A DNA stretch of 64,000 nucleotides from Oscarella lobularis (lineage: Eukaryota). The notes beneath the pieces are model-generated. The model was not told the DNA's origin, did no database searches, and was given only the letters and a program-made list of their open reading frames with translations. The DNA lies in contig NC_089192.1 of NCBI RefSeq assembly GCF_947507565.1, positions 982,690 to 1,046,689 on the forward strand, written 5' to 3'. Of the stretch, positions 1-12,294 are shown in pieces (position 1 is the first letter of the stretch; each line of letters starts with the position of its first letter). Made by a program: the position numbers and the translations under genes.

Positions 1-1870
1 TTAGGCTCTTAGAATCAAGGTTTAGGCCCTCAATTTTATATTTAGTCCTTTAGAATCAAAATTTAGGCCCTCAATTTAATATTTAGGCTCTTAGAATCAA
101 GGTTTAGGCCCTTAATTTTATATTGAAGCCCTCAGAATCAAAGTTTAGGCCCCTTTTTTTTATATTTAGGACCTTAAAATCAAAGTTTAGGCCCTCAATT
201 TTATATTTAGGCTCTTAGAATCAAAGTTTAGGCCCTCAATTTAATATTTAAGCTCTTAGAATCAAAGTTTAGGCCCTCAATTTTATATTTAGGCTTTAAG
301 AATCAAAGTTTACGCCCTCAATTAAATCTTTAGGCTCTTAGAATCAAGGTTTAGGCCCTCAATTTTATATTTAGTTCTTTAGAATCAAAGTTTACGCCCT
401 CAATTTTATATTTTGGCCCTTAGAATCAAAGTTTATGCCCTCAATTTTATATTTAGTCCTTTAGAATCAAAGTTTAGGCCCTCAATTTTATATTTAGGCC
501 CTAAGAATTAAAGTTTAGGCCCTCAATTTTATATTTAGGCTCTTAGAATCAAATTTGGCCCTCAATTTTATATTTAGTCCTTTAGAATCAAAGTTTAGGC
601 CTTCAAGTTTATATTTAGGTCCTTAGAATCAAAGTTTAGGCCCTCAATTTTATATTTACTCCTTTAGAATCAAAGTTTAGGCCCTCAATTTAATATTTAG
701 GCTCTTAGAATCAAATTTAGGCCCTCAATTTTATATTTAGTCCTTTAGAATCAAAGTTTAGGCCTTCAAGTTTATATTTAGGCCCTAAGAATCAAAGTTT
801 AGGCCTTCAATTTTATATTTATGTCCTTAGAATAAAAGTTTAGTCCCTCAATTTTATGTTTAGGCCCTTGGAATCAAAGTTTAGGCCCTCAATTTTATAA
901 TTAGTCTCTTAGAATCAAAATTTAGGCCCTCAATTTTATATTTAGGCCCTTAGAATCAAAGATTAGGCCCTCCATTAAATATTTAGGCTCTTAGAATCAA
1001 AGTTTAGGTCCTCAATTTTATATTTATTCCTTTAGAATCAAAGTTTAGGCCCTCAATTTAATATTTAGGCTCTTAGAATCAAATTTAGGCCCTCAATTTT
1101 ACATTTAATCCTTAGAATCAAAGTTTAGGCCCTCAATTTTATATATAGGCTCTTTGAATCAAAGTTTAGGCCTTCAATTTTATATTTAGGTCCTTAGAAT
1201 AAAAGTTTAGGCCCTCAATTTTATATTTAGGTTCTAAGAATTTTAGTTTAGGCCCTCAATTTAATATTTAGGCTCTTAGAATCAAGGTTTAGGCCCTTAC
1301 TTTTATATTTAGTCCTTTAGAATATAATTTCAGGCCTTCAATTTTATATTTAGGCCCTAAGAATCAAAGTTTAGGCCCTAAATTTAATATTTAAGCTCTT
1401 AGAATCAAAGTATAGGCCCTGAATTTAATATTTAGGCTCTTAGAATCAAGGTTTAGGCCCTTACTTTTATATTTAGGTCATTAGAGTCAAAACTTAGGCC
1501 CTCAATTTTATATTTAGGTCCTTAGAATCAAAGTTTAGGCCCTCAATTTAATATTTAGGCTCTTAGAATCAAGGTTTAGGCCCTTAATTTTATATTTAGG
1601 CCCTCAGAATCAAAGTTTAGGCCCTCAATTTTATATTTTGGCTCTTATAATCAAAGTTTAGGCCTTAAATTTTATATTTAGGTCTTTAGAATAAAGGTTT
1701 AGGCTCTCAATTTTATATTTAGTCCTTTAGAATCAAATTTTAAGTCCTCAATTTAATAATTAGTCTCTTAGAATCAAGGTTTAGGCCGTCAATTTTATAT
1801 TTAGTCTTTTGGAATCAAAGTTTATGCACTCAATTTTATATTTAGGACCGTAGAATCAAAGTTTAGGACC
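1..1870. repeat. Satellite array with a 41-bp unit, consensus about tttaggccctcaattttatatttaggctcttagaatcaaag. It has about 45 tandem copies at roughly 85-95% identity. Each unit is built from two related ~20-bp half-units that both begin tttaggc. The array is cut by the window start.
   Basis: Direct reading: the 41-bp period repeats head to tail from position 1 to about 1870 with scattered point substitutions. It ends abruptly at unique GC-rich sequence. Confidence 0.95.
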
Positions 1871-1932
1871 TCAATTGTATATATATGATTTAGTTTCGAG
1901 TTTCTTTGGAGTTTCGCCAAGCGCGCACGTGA

Positions 1933-4559
1933 TTGCTTCAACACCCGCGCGCCGAGCGGAGAATAGTACGGGCAATCCCACCGCTCTCCGATTCCTCGTC
2001 CATGAACGTCGAAGCGAGCGCCGATTCGGCCACGCTAGAGCGCGCCGCGTCGCGTCTCGTAGCGACGGATCCGAACAAAGCGACGCGCGCGCTCGTCGAC
2101 GCGATCGAGCGCCTTCGCGCGACGAATAATGCATTGGAGCGACGTCTAGCCGAGACGCAGGCCCAACTATTCGAAAGCATCGAAGAGAAGCAGCGCATAA
2201 TCGATCAGACGTCTCAGGAGAAGACGCGAACCCTTCGCGAACTACGACGCGTCGAAGGCGAGCGTATCGCACTCGCGGAAACTTTGCAGAGAGGCGGGGT
2301 CCCGGAAAGGGGCGATGCGCTTGCATCGCAAAACGCGCCGCTGCCTCTACATCGCATGCAAGTCGAACTCGCGCGTCTACAACGGCAAATGGAGTCGGCA
2401 CGAAGTCTGTTCGCCGACAATTCGCGACTGAGTGGGCGGTGCGAGCAATTAGAGAACGAATTGGAGGCAGCGCGCATGAAATTAGCGGGAAAGCGCGGAC
2501 GACGCGCCGACGGCCAATCGTTGCTCAGCGTTCGACACTCGACGACGGGTCAGTGACAATTATAGAACTCATACGTCATGATTTTATTATTCTATTAGAA
2601 GCCAAAATCTTGATTCAAAATGACCTGTACGTTTACGATGTTTCTGGCGACGGCGGAACGAGTTCGCTGGCCGTCGGCGATCGCATTCTGGAGGTTTGAT
2701 GAAAATTTAATTATATAGAGTCTGAATTTTTATATTGACTATTTAGATTAATGGAATGAAAGTGAGCGAATTGGCTTCATCTCACATACAACACATATTC
2801 GATTCATCGCGTGAAGTGCTCGTCAAAATCTCTCGACCTGCCCGTGCCGGAGCTGCAGCGCCGCCAACGTTGTTACGCGAGCCTCTTCCAATGAACAGAG
2901 TTGCCAGTCTGCCATACAATCCCCTACAATTAACCGAGACGAAAGCAAGAGTTTTTAGCATCGACGGACTGATCGGAACGAAAGGCGGAATTCTTCACAT
3001 GCCCCAAACGGGAGCGACTCTCATGGTGACCAACGGTGCCTTCGCCAGTCCGTGCCGAGTATACGTAACGGCTCGTTACAACTCAAATCCCAATTTTGAT
3101 CTGTCGCCCGACGAGTTCGTTGCTGGACCCGAAGTGACGTGCATAGCAGAACAGCAACGGTAAATATAAGCCTCTCAAAAAGTCAGGGCTGAGTATTTCT
3201 GTTGTATTTCTTTCCTAGGTTTGAGAAACCGGCAGAACTCAAGGTTCCCCACTGCATCGCAACGGAAGCGGAAAGCTGGTCTCTGCGAATTTTTCGCGGC
3301 GTGGCGAATACCGATGGAACGATCGCTTGGACGGAATTGGCTCGACTTGGTAATAGCGGGGTTCGTTTCGAGAGCGAGTGTCGCCTGGGACACGATCACG
3401 TCAACGTTCCCGTCGACAATCTGTCGAGCTACGTCATCGTTGGTCGTCCAATCCGAATGCAGATCGCCGCGTTCGGTCGCGCCGTCAACGCGAACGACTG
3501 GTCGATGCGCGTGCGAATAGCGCCCGAGCTTCGATCGACGATTCAGGCGGCGGCGGAAAGAGGTCTCGATGCGACCGCCGCCGGCTACAAGCCTCTGTTG
3601 ACGAATCAAACGTTTTCGCTTCGAAAAACTCGTCAAGATATCTCCGTGACTCTGCAATCGAAAGCGGAGACGTGGCACGTTCACAACCCAGTCACAAAGG
3701 CGAGAAGAATCAATAAATTATTAACCACGGAAAAGCGACGTCATATTTATTTATAGGTTATATCGTGGGCCGACATTGAACGGCTTGACGGCTCGTTTCC
3801 ACCGCTCGAATTCAATTTGTCGTGCGCCAGCACTCCTCTACCTCGACTATCAGCCCGACTCCTCTTGCAACAGGGCAATCACACTCTCGCTCGAGTCAAG
3901 ATAATCAAAATGGTACAGAAATAACTAATTATTTATACATGTGATAGGATTTTTCTTAGGCGATAGTTGAAAACACCTCAGAAGACGTCGTCGAATCAAA
4001 GCCGGACAAGGGACGACGTCTCTCCGTGCCGAGCATACTCTCGCTTTCCGTCATCAGCCAGCTTGCGACCTATCTCGACTCGAACAACGGCTGGCGTCCC
4101 CTCGCTAAGGCACTTCGACTCGACCGGCATCTCATCGAAGACATAGCGTCGACGTCCGAGTACAGGAGCGCCACGGAGCGAGTGCTGAGCGCGTGGAAAC
4201 CGGCGGCGGGCACCGACGTGCGAACCGTCCTCTGGAAACTTCTCACCGAATTGGGCCGCAGCGCGGCGGCGAGCGTCGTCATACCGCCCGAAGAATTAGC
4301 GCTGATTCGGCAGATGGAAGGCGAATCGAGCCCAGCCGATCGCGTGAGTTCGAGTCCTCCGCCGAGCGGTAGCGGCGTGTCGAATGGGAGCGGATACGCT
4401 GCTCCTGCTCCCGTCGCCGCCGCCGCCGCCGCCGCCGCTTCGGGAGAGTCGGATAACGATAGCACGGAAGTGAATTTCGACGGAAAATCGGAATTGAGTG
4501 GCGGCGAGCGCGTGACTAACGGCGTCAAAGTGACAACTCAAACTGAAACTTATTTGTAA
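1933..4559 (+). CDS. Multi-exon gene for a coiled-coil / ZU5-like / death-domain protein. Main exons are 1933-2556, 2756-3163, 3202-3756 and 4026-4559.
   Basis: ORF 1933..2556 is heptad and charge rich (coiled coil). ORFs 2756..3163 and 3202..3756 carry the ZU5-like motif VFSIDGLIGTKGGILHMPQTGATLMVTNGAFASPCRVYV. ORF 4026..4559 starts with a death-domain-like block (LSVISQLATYLDSNNGWRPLAKALRLDRHLIEDIASTSEYRSATERVLSAWKP...VLWKLLTELGR). The ORFs are separated by short GT..AG introns. Confidence 0.55.
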
Positions 4560-4699
4560 AAGAAGAAAAAAATCCGTTCTACGTAACCCCACTGTCTGTT
4601 ATAAGAGAACAGGTCAAATTTTGCAGGTCAGTTCGTCTTAGTTTTAGTTTAAAATCCCGCAGGCGTATCATCAATTAAATTTTTTTTTGTTTTCTTTGT

Positions 4700-6640
4700 A
4701 AGAGAAATCGCCTTAGTGAAGATTCTCACAGCTCTGATCCTAGAAGAGACGGGGGACCGCGTCTGGTTTGTTCTTCAGTCGATTCGTCGTCGCTATACAT
4801 GTCTGACGATCTCGGTGGGCCACTTCTCAAGCCTACGAGAGCAAGAAATCATTACCCAAGGCGATCCCTCAATGATCCTATGTTCCTAGACAATGCATGC
4901 AGTACCTCTTCGAGATGGCCTCGGATCTTCATCATCGAGAAGATTCCTAACAGTCGAGCCTCTTAACGACACGGATTTCATCTGCGGTTCGCTGTCTTCG
5001 CTATCGTCCTGAAGCATCTGAAGGAGACCGCCTCCACGACTGCGAGCCGATCGAGCCGATCGACGAGGCGAGTCAATTGGCCTACGTTCCTGACCACCAC
5101 GCCGCGAATTCGACCGTGGTGTCACGCTCCTCTTGCCCTCAACTAAAATAAGACATTGACGATTTCGAAATACCCAGTGCGAATCTCACCTAAACTTCTT
5201 GACGGCATCACGTCCAACCGGACTTGATTTGAACTATCGAACACTCGCCAGTCGCTGGTGCCGTCGTCGTCGTCGGCGTTGGCACCCAGCTGAGAGTTTA
5301 CGAGCGAGCCGGTCTTTCGTCTTTGTCCGATGCCCCTCGCGTTGGCCCTCTCCTCGCCGAACCAAACCGGAGTCGTGTTCGAACCCGGACCGACTTGAGA
5401 AGCGCTCTCGAAATCGTCATCGAAGTAGAAGTCGTCTCGCTCTGAAAAAAAAATGACGATACAGATAAGAGAGATACCTTTTTGTACTTGCCATTATCAG
5501 CAAGGGTGACTGTGCTGGCAAAATCAACGGTCGACTGATTGTCACTTAGTTGAAGTGATCCCCCTTCAATGAGCTGAGCGCAACGGGCGCAAATAATCTT
5601 CTGCTGTTGGCCACCATTGATAAGTTCAATGGGCGAAGTCTAATTTTTTTAGGTCAGCCAACGTTATTTACTGTATACATAGTCGTAGTGCACCCGTCTT
5701 ATTCCAACGCCACTGGCAGCAGAGAGATGGACCCCTTCTTCTTCCAGTACGTCAAGATTCTCTAAAAGGATTGCGTATCTTTTGGCAGTACTTTCATAGG
5801 AGAACATATCATTACCTAGTAGATCTGTACCTTCCCTATCGCCGCCGTCTTCAGTTGCAGCACTCTCCTTAGGCAATGCTTCACTCCGATTGGCATTTAG
5901 CAAGGACTACACAACATCAAGCGTGAATACATAGACAGTACAGTGCAACGTCAATTGATTATTATTTACAGATAGTCTACATCTTCGATCAGCTTTGGCT
6001 TTTCTAAGCTGCTTGGCACTCGGTCGTATTCTAAAAAGACCGAATCAATTAGTCAGTCACTTCTATACTACAAGACACACTTCTCGGTCCGTTTCTCTTC
6101 TCTATCGACCAACTGGCCTCTCTCACTCAACGGATACACCTGTTCCTCTTGAAAAGAATATTGTGCAACGTCATCGCTACGATATCTGCACGACGCGGAC
6201 GTTTCTGTTGCCATGGCAATCGAAGTCGACGCATCTCTCGGTTCCCTCGTCGTTCGCGTCGCGTTCGAATGCGGTTCGCTTTTAGACGCCGAGGATCGTA
6301 GGGGTCGAACGTTTCCGGGAGCGTTCAGCTTTGGTTTCGGCGTTGCGGCCGATTTCGTCGGCGTGTGCGACGCTGACGCCGAGACGCCGACGATGCGAGC
6401 CTCCTTTTTCTGTAGGACTCTTATCAGATAGCTTACGGGCTTGCTGGGCATGTCGTGGATCACTTTTGCCATTAGATCCTTGTAGAAACAAGGCGTTGAA
6501 AGTTTGTGGTTTGGCTGCACGACGCTTTCACTCACCTCAAACAGTTGGCCCACTTTGTGCTTGTCCAAGTAGGCCTGAACTCTTTGGGCAGCCATTCGAA
6601 AGAAAAAGGAGAACGGGAACTTCCGAGTGTTGTTGTGCAC
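4700..6640 (-). CDS. Multi-exon gene whose N-terminus resembles the PKA type-I regulatory-subunit dimerisation/docking (RIIa) domain. The C-terminal part is Ser/Arg-rich. Exon structure is only partly resolved.
   Basis: Minus ORF 6068..6640 with a 56-bp GT..AG intron removed gives MAAQRVQAYLDKHKVGQLFE|DLMAKVIHDMPSKPVSYLIRVLQKK. This resembles the RI-alpha D/D helix pattern (recalled consensus). Downstream exons at 5664-5903 and 5470-5643 are joined by GT..AG introns. No clear cNMP-binding FGELAL/PRAATV motifs were seen. Confidence 0.4.
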
Positions 6641-6947
6641 GTGACTGGTAAAACTATTTGAGTTCCTGAGTCCGAAAACGGAACATGGATGGTTTAGATG
6701 GCTTATTTACAGTCAAGGTAAAGCAAAAATACCAGAAAATGACCTGTCTCGGCTCAAACGAAGGAGAAACGAGGGATTGTCCGGGTTGTCTCGAGTTCCC
6801 GGTTGCTTGTCTCATTGTCGTGAACTGCAATGATTTCTCGGCTTGGCCGAGTCTCGAGTCGCTGGGCGCGTCAGATAAAGGCGAACGTACGCGTTTCGAG
6901 TCGCTTCCTCTGTCGATCGACTATCCTACGTCGGTAAGTGACGAAAT

Positions 6948-8955
6948 ATGCCGGTGAGTCATTCGATAAACGCATATAACAGGCCGCCACTTGGCTCTGC
7001 GACTATCGAACGCGTTCAAAATGTTAAGAAAACCTTCGTACGATGCTTCGCTACCGACGGTAAGTCCGAGACCGCTCACGAGACGTCGTTTCGGGCGACT
7101 CATCGCTTCTCTTCGACGCCAGGAGTGAGCAAGTTCGAAGTCAAGCTGCCAGCGCTTTCGCCGACGATGGAAAACGGGAAAATAGCGAATTGGGAGAAGA
7201 AGGAAGGCGACGAATTGTCGGAAGGCGATTTGCTGGCTCTAATTGAAACGGATAAAGCGACGATGGACTTTGAAACGCCGGCTACGGGCTATCTCGCCAA
7301 AATCCTTATACCGGCGGGAACGGAAGAAATTCCAGTGGGAAAAGTAAGATAATAAGTTTAGTATTGCTTAATTATAATGATCAGTTGAAATTGATGTTTA
7401 GTTGATTGCGATTATTGTCGATGAGGAGAGCGATGTTGCGGCGTTTAAGGATTATCAGCCTGAGCCAGAGGTAAGTTCAATGTGACGTTATGAGGGAATA
7501 TTATCTTATGAGTACATCTATGCAGGCTGCTCCATCGCCTCCTCCGAGTACTGAAGCGCCGGCTCCAGCTCCAACTCCGGTCGCTTCTCCGCCATCTCCA
7601 CCTCCTGCCGCCGTCCCTGCTACTTCGCCTCCGTCAAGTGATGGAAGAATCTTCGCTAGTCCATTTGCGAAGAAAGTAGCGGGAGAGCACGGCGTCAGTT
7701 TGGCTGTAAGTAATATGCTTCCTCGGGGTAAAACGACAGGAGCTCCTGTCTCTAGGCTATTGCTGGGACTGGACCTGGTGGACGAATCGTTGCTGCTGAC
7801 GTTGCTGCTGCAGCATCTCAAGCTCCACCAGTTGCAGGTGAAATTGTTAATCTAAAAATCTTTATTTTTTATTATGTTCTCTAGCTGCCGTTCCTGGTGA
7901 CACTTTTACTGACATTCCGCTTTCAAACGTTAGAAAGGTAGAACTCTTTCTCCCTGTCGAGATTCTCTGTGGGTAGCGTCTTCTTTCTATTATATTAGGT
8001 CATTGCTCAACGCTTGTCTCACTCTAAGCAGACAATACCGCACTATTATCTGACAGTGGAGATAGAAATTACTGAACTTCTGAAGTACGATGTTCGTCTG
8101 TCAATATTCCTTTCGTTCTTTGATATTCTTTTAGTTTGAGGCAACAGCTGAATCAGGCTTCTAGCAGAAAACTGTCGCTGAACGATTTTGTCATCAAGGC
8201 AGCGGCACTGAGTATGAAACACGTTCCCGAAGTGAATTCCTCCTGGATGGAGACGTTCATAAGACGGTAAGAGGCGACGTCTTTAATTCCTATGTGCTCG
8301 CGAATCTTTTTCTCAGTCACCATAACGTTGATATAAGCGTGGCTGTCGCTACCGATTCCGGCCTGATCACGCCAATTGTATTCGAAGCCGATGGCAAGGT
8401 AGATTGTCTTGAAAAAAACGAGCAACTCGTCGTCTTTTGTCTTCCCAGGGTCTCGAAGCCATCAACGAAGACGTTGTTAGTCTGGCGGAAAGAGCTCGAG
8501 AAAACAAGCTGAAGCCGCACGAATTCCAGGCACGGGAGATAAGCAGGAGGCCCTCCTACCCGTTGTTCAATAGTCTCTCGTAGGGTGGCACATTCACCAT
8601 TTCGAATTTGGGAATGTTTGGAGTGAAGCAGTTCACGGCCATCATCAACCCACCTCAGGTATGCACTCATAATCTATTGAAGTGACTCAATGACTGTATA
8701 TTTGTTTCAGTCGTGCATACTCGCTGTTGGAGCGTCGGAGAAGAAGATCATTCCCAACGCCAATAACGAGTCAGGGTAATGAGACTCTTTGAAATAGTCT
8801 CCCCCCCATCACTTCTTCCTGTAGATACTCTACTGGGTCCGTAATGTGCGTGACAATGAGTTGCGATCATCGCGTAGTCGACGGAGCGGTCGGTGCCGAA
8901 TGGATGCGCAAATTGAAAGGATACCTGGAGAATCCAATAACAATGCTTCTATGAG
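6948..8955 (+). CDS. DLAT: Dihydrolipoamide acetyltransferase, the E2 component of pyruvate dehydrogenase. It has a lipoyl domain, an E3-binding domain, a Pro/Ala linker and a catalytic domain, in about 9 exons with short introns.
   Basis: Lipoyl motif [47 protein letters not shown] motif [21 protein letters not shown]. Catalytic motifs [58 protein letters not shown] and the active-site [15 protein letters not shown]. Stop codon at 8953-8955. Confidence 0.85.
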
Positions 8956-9070
8956 TAGGACGGCGCGCGCTTTCCCTTCCCTAGCCCCAGTGTTCTTCGG
9001 TATACCGCATTATATATTACCTCTCTATAAACGTAATCAACGTCTCGAATGCTAAGAAATATGGGCTCCC

Positions 9071-12045
9071 TTAGATAAATTTGAAACATTTAGTTCTGTC
9101 CGAGGGTATCCTCGTCTTAAAAAGAATCGAATCGGCGCGAAATTGCGTGTAGAGTAGCGGCATGTAGCCGTAGACTTTAACGAAGTAATTAATGCATTCG
9201 TGACGTTCCTCGAAATGGCTGTTGTCGCCGGACAAGGCCTCCGGACAGCCGGGGCAGCGGAAAGTCCACCGCGAAGTAACCTAGAAATAAGATTAAAAGA
9301 GTTTCCGTTAAGAGGGTGACTCCCTTACCTTTACGGGCGGCTTTCGCGTGACGTGCGACACGAGAAAGTTCATTGCTATGTCCTCGCAGTTCATGTACTC
9401 GTCGACCTTGTCGCGTATCGATTGCGACATGGTATACGAGTAAAGATACATGTAGTACTGGGGGGGAGAAAGTCGAGCATTATTAGACAGACACTCCTTA
9501 GTTTGTCTTACCTTATGGAAAAACGCGGCACCGGTTAGTACCATTGACATTTCGCACGAATAATTCGCGTTGTAGTTCCACCTGCCTGGATGGCGTGCGT
9601 CCCACGCGTGAAACCGTCCCGGAAATCCGACGATGCGATCCTTATTCTCCCTCCAGACGCTGTTCGAAATAAGAGCCACAATAGTTGCAGTCAAGGCCCT
9701 CGCGAGAATTTTGTACCGCACCGAAAAGCAAGTTGAATTTCGTCGTGCCTTAAATGGGCGTCATCATCCATCGATAGTACGGCCTCCGTTTCGATTTTAT
9801 CGAACGGCAGGAAGCGATTGTTCAAACTGTTCTTCCCCGTCGTAATAACCTAGATAGAGGTATTGAACTGGGGGTGTATAAGCAACAGGCGAGACTCCTT
9901 TGCACTTACGTGTATTGGAATGCCAATGTTGGGCCATTCCATGTTGGCCGGCGGCGGTTGCGGATTGTTCCACACAACGACGATCGTGCGCAAGTACTGC
10001 AAATTCCGGAGCCGCTCCAGCGCCGCGGTCAGCACCAAATTGCGATCGAACGTCAACATGACAATCGTGAACTGTTCGTCCGGCACGTTGCCGGCGAGAA
10101 GAACGTCGAATTCGGGCCCATTCAAAGGCCCTCCGTCGCGAACTGTTCGGTGAAGATTCTTTCCTCGCCCGGGCCCCATGTACTGAAACCCCGAAGGCAG
10201 AGCGGAAACGAACGGCGTCACGGACGGCATCCCAACCAGCGCCCCAGGCGAATCGTTCCACGCATCGTAACTATTCAGCGTGAAATTTTTCTGAAATCGC
10301 GGCGACGGCGCTTCCACTGCTGCCACGCCACCCGCAGCCTCTCCGAACGGCGACGTTTCGCCGTCGGCAAACACGCCGACGGTGCGCGCTTCCGCGACGA
10401 CGTTCGGCGGCAAACCGATCCGCGTTCGCACGACGGCGACGACGCTATCGACGACGCGCGTCGCCGATCCGAAGTACGTCTCCCAGACGAAGCGTCCGCG
10501 TCGACGCATATCCAAGACGTCGCCTTCGGCGACGGCGCGAAGAAAGAAATTCAACTCGGTCGCTCGCGCGTCGGCGAGACGAAACGCAACGCGACTCCAA
10601 TCGAGTACGTCGTCGAAGGGAAGTCGAACGTCGCCAACGACGATGGGAACGGCGCCGGCGCGAAGCGATTCGACGAGACGCGCGTGCGTCGTCGTTTCTC
10701 CACCACCGAGAATGAGAGCGAATGTAGACGAAGATAAAGAGGCGACTCGTTGCGACGACGTTCCGCAGAGATGCCACTCGCCTGGACGCGCGACGACGGT
10801 GGCGTCTTTCGGCGCCGTCCGCGTGCATTCGGTTGCGACGACGAGTTCTTCGTTGTCGTGCGCTCGAATCGACGCCAGGTCGGCCGGCGTCGTTGCTAGC
10901 GACAACGGTTGCCGTGCGGGAGGATTCCACTCGCCGCGAAAGTAGATTAGGTAGCGTCGAAAGGCGGGAAGCTGGCGAGGCGGCGGCGGGAGTGGCGACG
11001 ACGAGGAGAACATCGCGATGGGCGGCGCGACGACGTCGAATCCACGCCGATGGCGCGGATTGGAGTGACGAGCGACGATCGCGCGACCGACGTTGTCGGG
11101 AAAGTTGTCCGTCGTCGTCGAATTGGTCACGTCGACGAGCAGGTGATTGCGACCGTCGCCGCGCCAATGGGCGAGCGACTTGAACGCGTTCTCGTCCCAC
11201 TGACGTCGTCGACTATCAACGAGAACGAGATAGAGGCACGCTCGATTTGGATTCGACGTGTAATAGGGAGCCAATTTGATGTGCAAGGCAAGACGTCGAA
11301 GCAACGCTGACTCGTCCGTCGCGGACCCCTCGTCGTACAAATGCACGGCAAATGGAGTCGTAAGAGAACAGCGCGAGAAATCGAAGCACGTCAAAAGCCG
11401 ACACGCCCCCGCCATTCTCTCGCCCGGAAACGGCACAGGAACCGCCGCGGCGTCTTGTGACGTCACCCCCGGCACAATGACTCGCTTCGGCGGTACGGCT
11501 TCGACGAGACGAACTCCTCCCCGACTCTCATCCGGGGATCGTTTCGCGACGACGACGACGTCATTCTCGACGCCGCCGCCGCCGCCTCGTTGAGAAGCGA
11601 GGCGACGAAGATCGGCGCGCGTCGCCTGGAGTTCGGCTTTCGCTTTGGCGACGTCGTGCGCGAGCGCGTTGCGTCGGCTCTTCGTCTCTTCGAGTCGCGA
11701 CGCCGCCGTTTGGGTCGCCTGTTGAATCGACTGGCGACGGCGCTCGAGATCGCGTACGTCGTTGCGTACGGCGTCGCGAAGTCGTTCGAGTTCGGCGATG
11801 CGACGCTTGAGCGACGCGCCGTCGTTTTCGTCTTCCAGCGTGCGCACTTGGGGTTTTAGGTGAACGACGGCGAAGTTTCCGTCGTCGTCGTCGCTCGCCG
11901 CGCCGTCGTCGACGTTCTTTGGGGTCGCCGGAAGGTTTAGAAGCACGCCGATGGGTACGAAGACGCCGACGACGAATAGGAGACCGAGCATCGGCCGCAG
12001 TGAGAGCCTGCGATGAAGTTGACGGAGAACACTGCGAAGAACCAT
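9071..12045 (-). CDS. Exostosin-family glycosyltransferase, EXTL3-like. It has an N-terminal TM anchor, a coiled coil, an exostosin GT47 domain and a GT64 domain. There is a large 5' exon (9850-12045) plus 3' exons.
   Basis: Minus ORF 9850..12045 begins [36 protein letters not shown] (signal anchor). It continues with a coiled coil and [41 protein letters not shown] (start of GT64). Minus ORF 9308..9721 adds [38 protein letters not shown] and [20 protein letters not shown]. The terminal exon ends ...TKCFKFI* near 9071. Confidence 0.8.
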
Positions 12046-12294
12046 TGTTATTCAGTTTTGTTATTCCGCCCACGTCCGTAGCGTGCGCTCGCGCCTCAGC
12101 GGAACTGTCGCGCGGCAATTACTGTCTCTATCCCGCTTATAGCTCCGCCGCGCGGTGTACCCCGCGGCACACCCTGAAGGCTTTCCATATGCCGCGTTGC
12201 AAAGAAATTACGCCCCTAAGCCAAACGGCCAGTGGGTGTGCTCGTATTCTAACGCGCGCTCGCGCCTTCGTTCGCGGCGGTTCGCGGAGCTGCA
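12046..12294. promoter_or_regulatory. Putative bidirectional promoter between the divergent EXTL3-like (minus) and RPAP2-like (plus) genes.
   Basis: About 250 bp separate two divergent start codons. The interval is GC- and CpG-rich. No TATA box was seen. Confidence 0.3.

Noticed and set aside
1-1870. Whether the regular ~41-bp array could be a CRISPR array.
   Set aside because: The units are contiguous with no unique spacers. This is a eukaryotic gene context, so it is a satellite.
5470-5643. INGGQQQKIICARCAQ resembles an ABC-transporter signature (LSGGQ).
   Set aside because: There is no Walker A or B in the right order in adjacent exons. The exon belongs to the RIIa-domain gene, so the resemblance is a chance match.
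10382-12118. Several long Arg/Ser-rich ORFs (for example 10382..10945 plus, 10445..11200 minus, 11561..12118 minus) overlap the large EXTL3-like exon.
   Set aside because: They are alternative-frame and antisense readings of a GC-rich coding exon. The true frame (9850..12045 minus) carries recognisable exostosin motifs, and the others are low-complexity RRRR artefacts.
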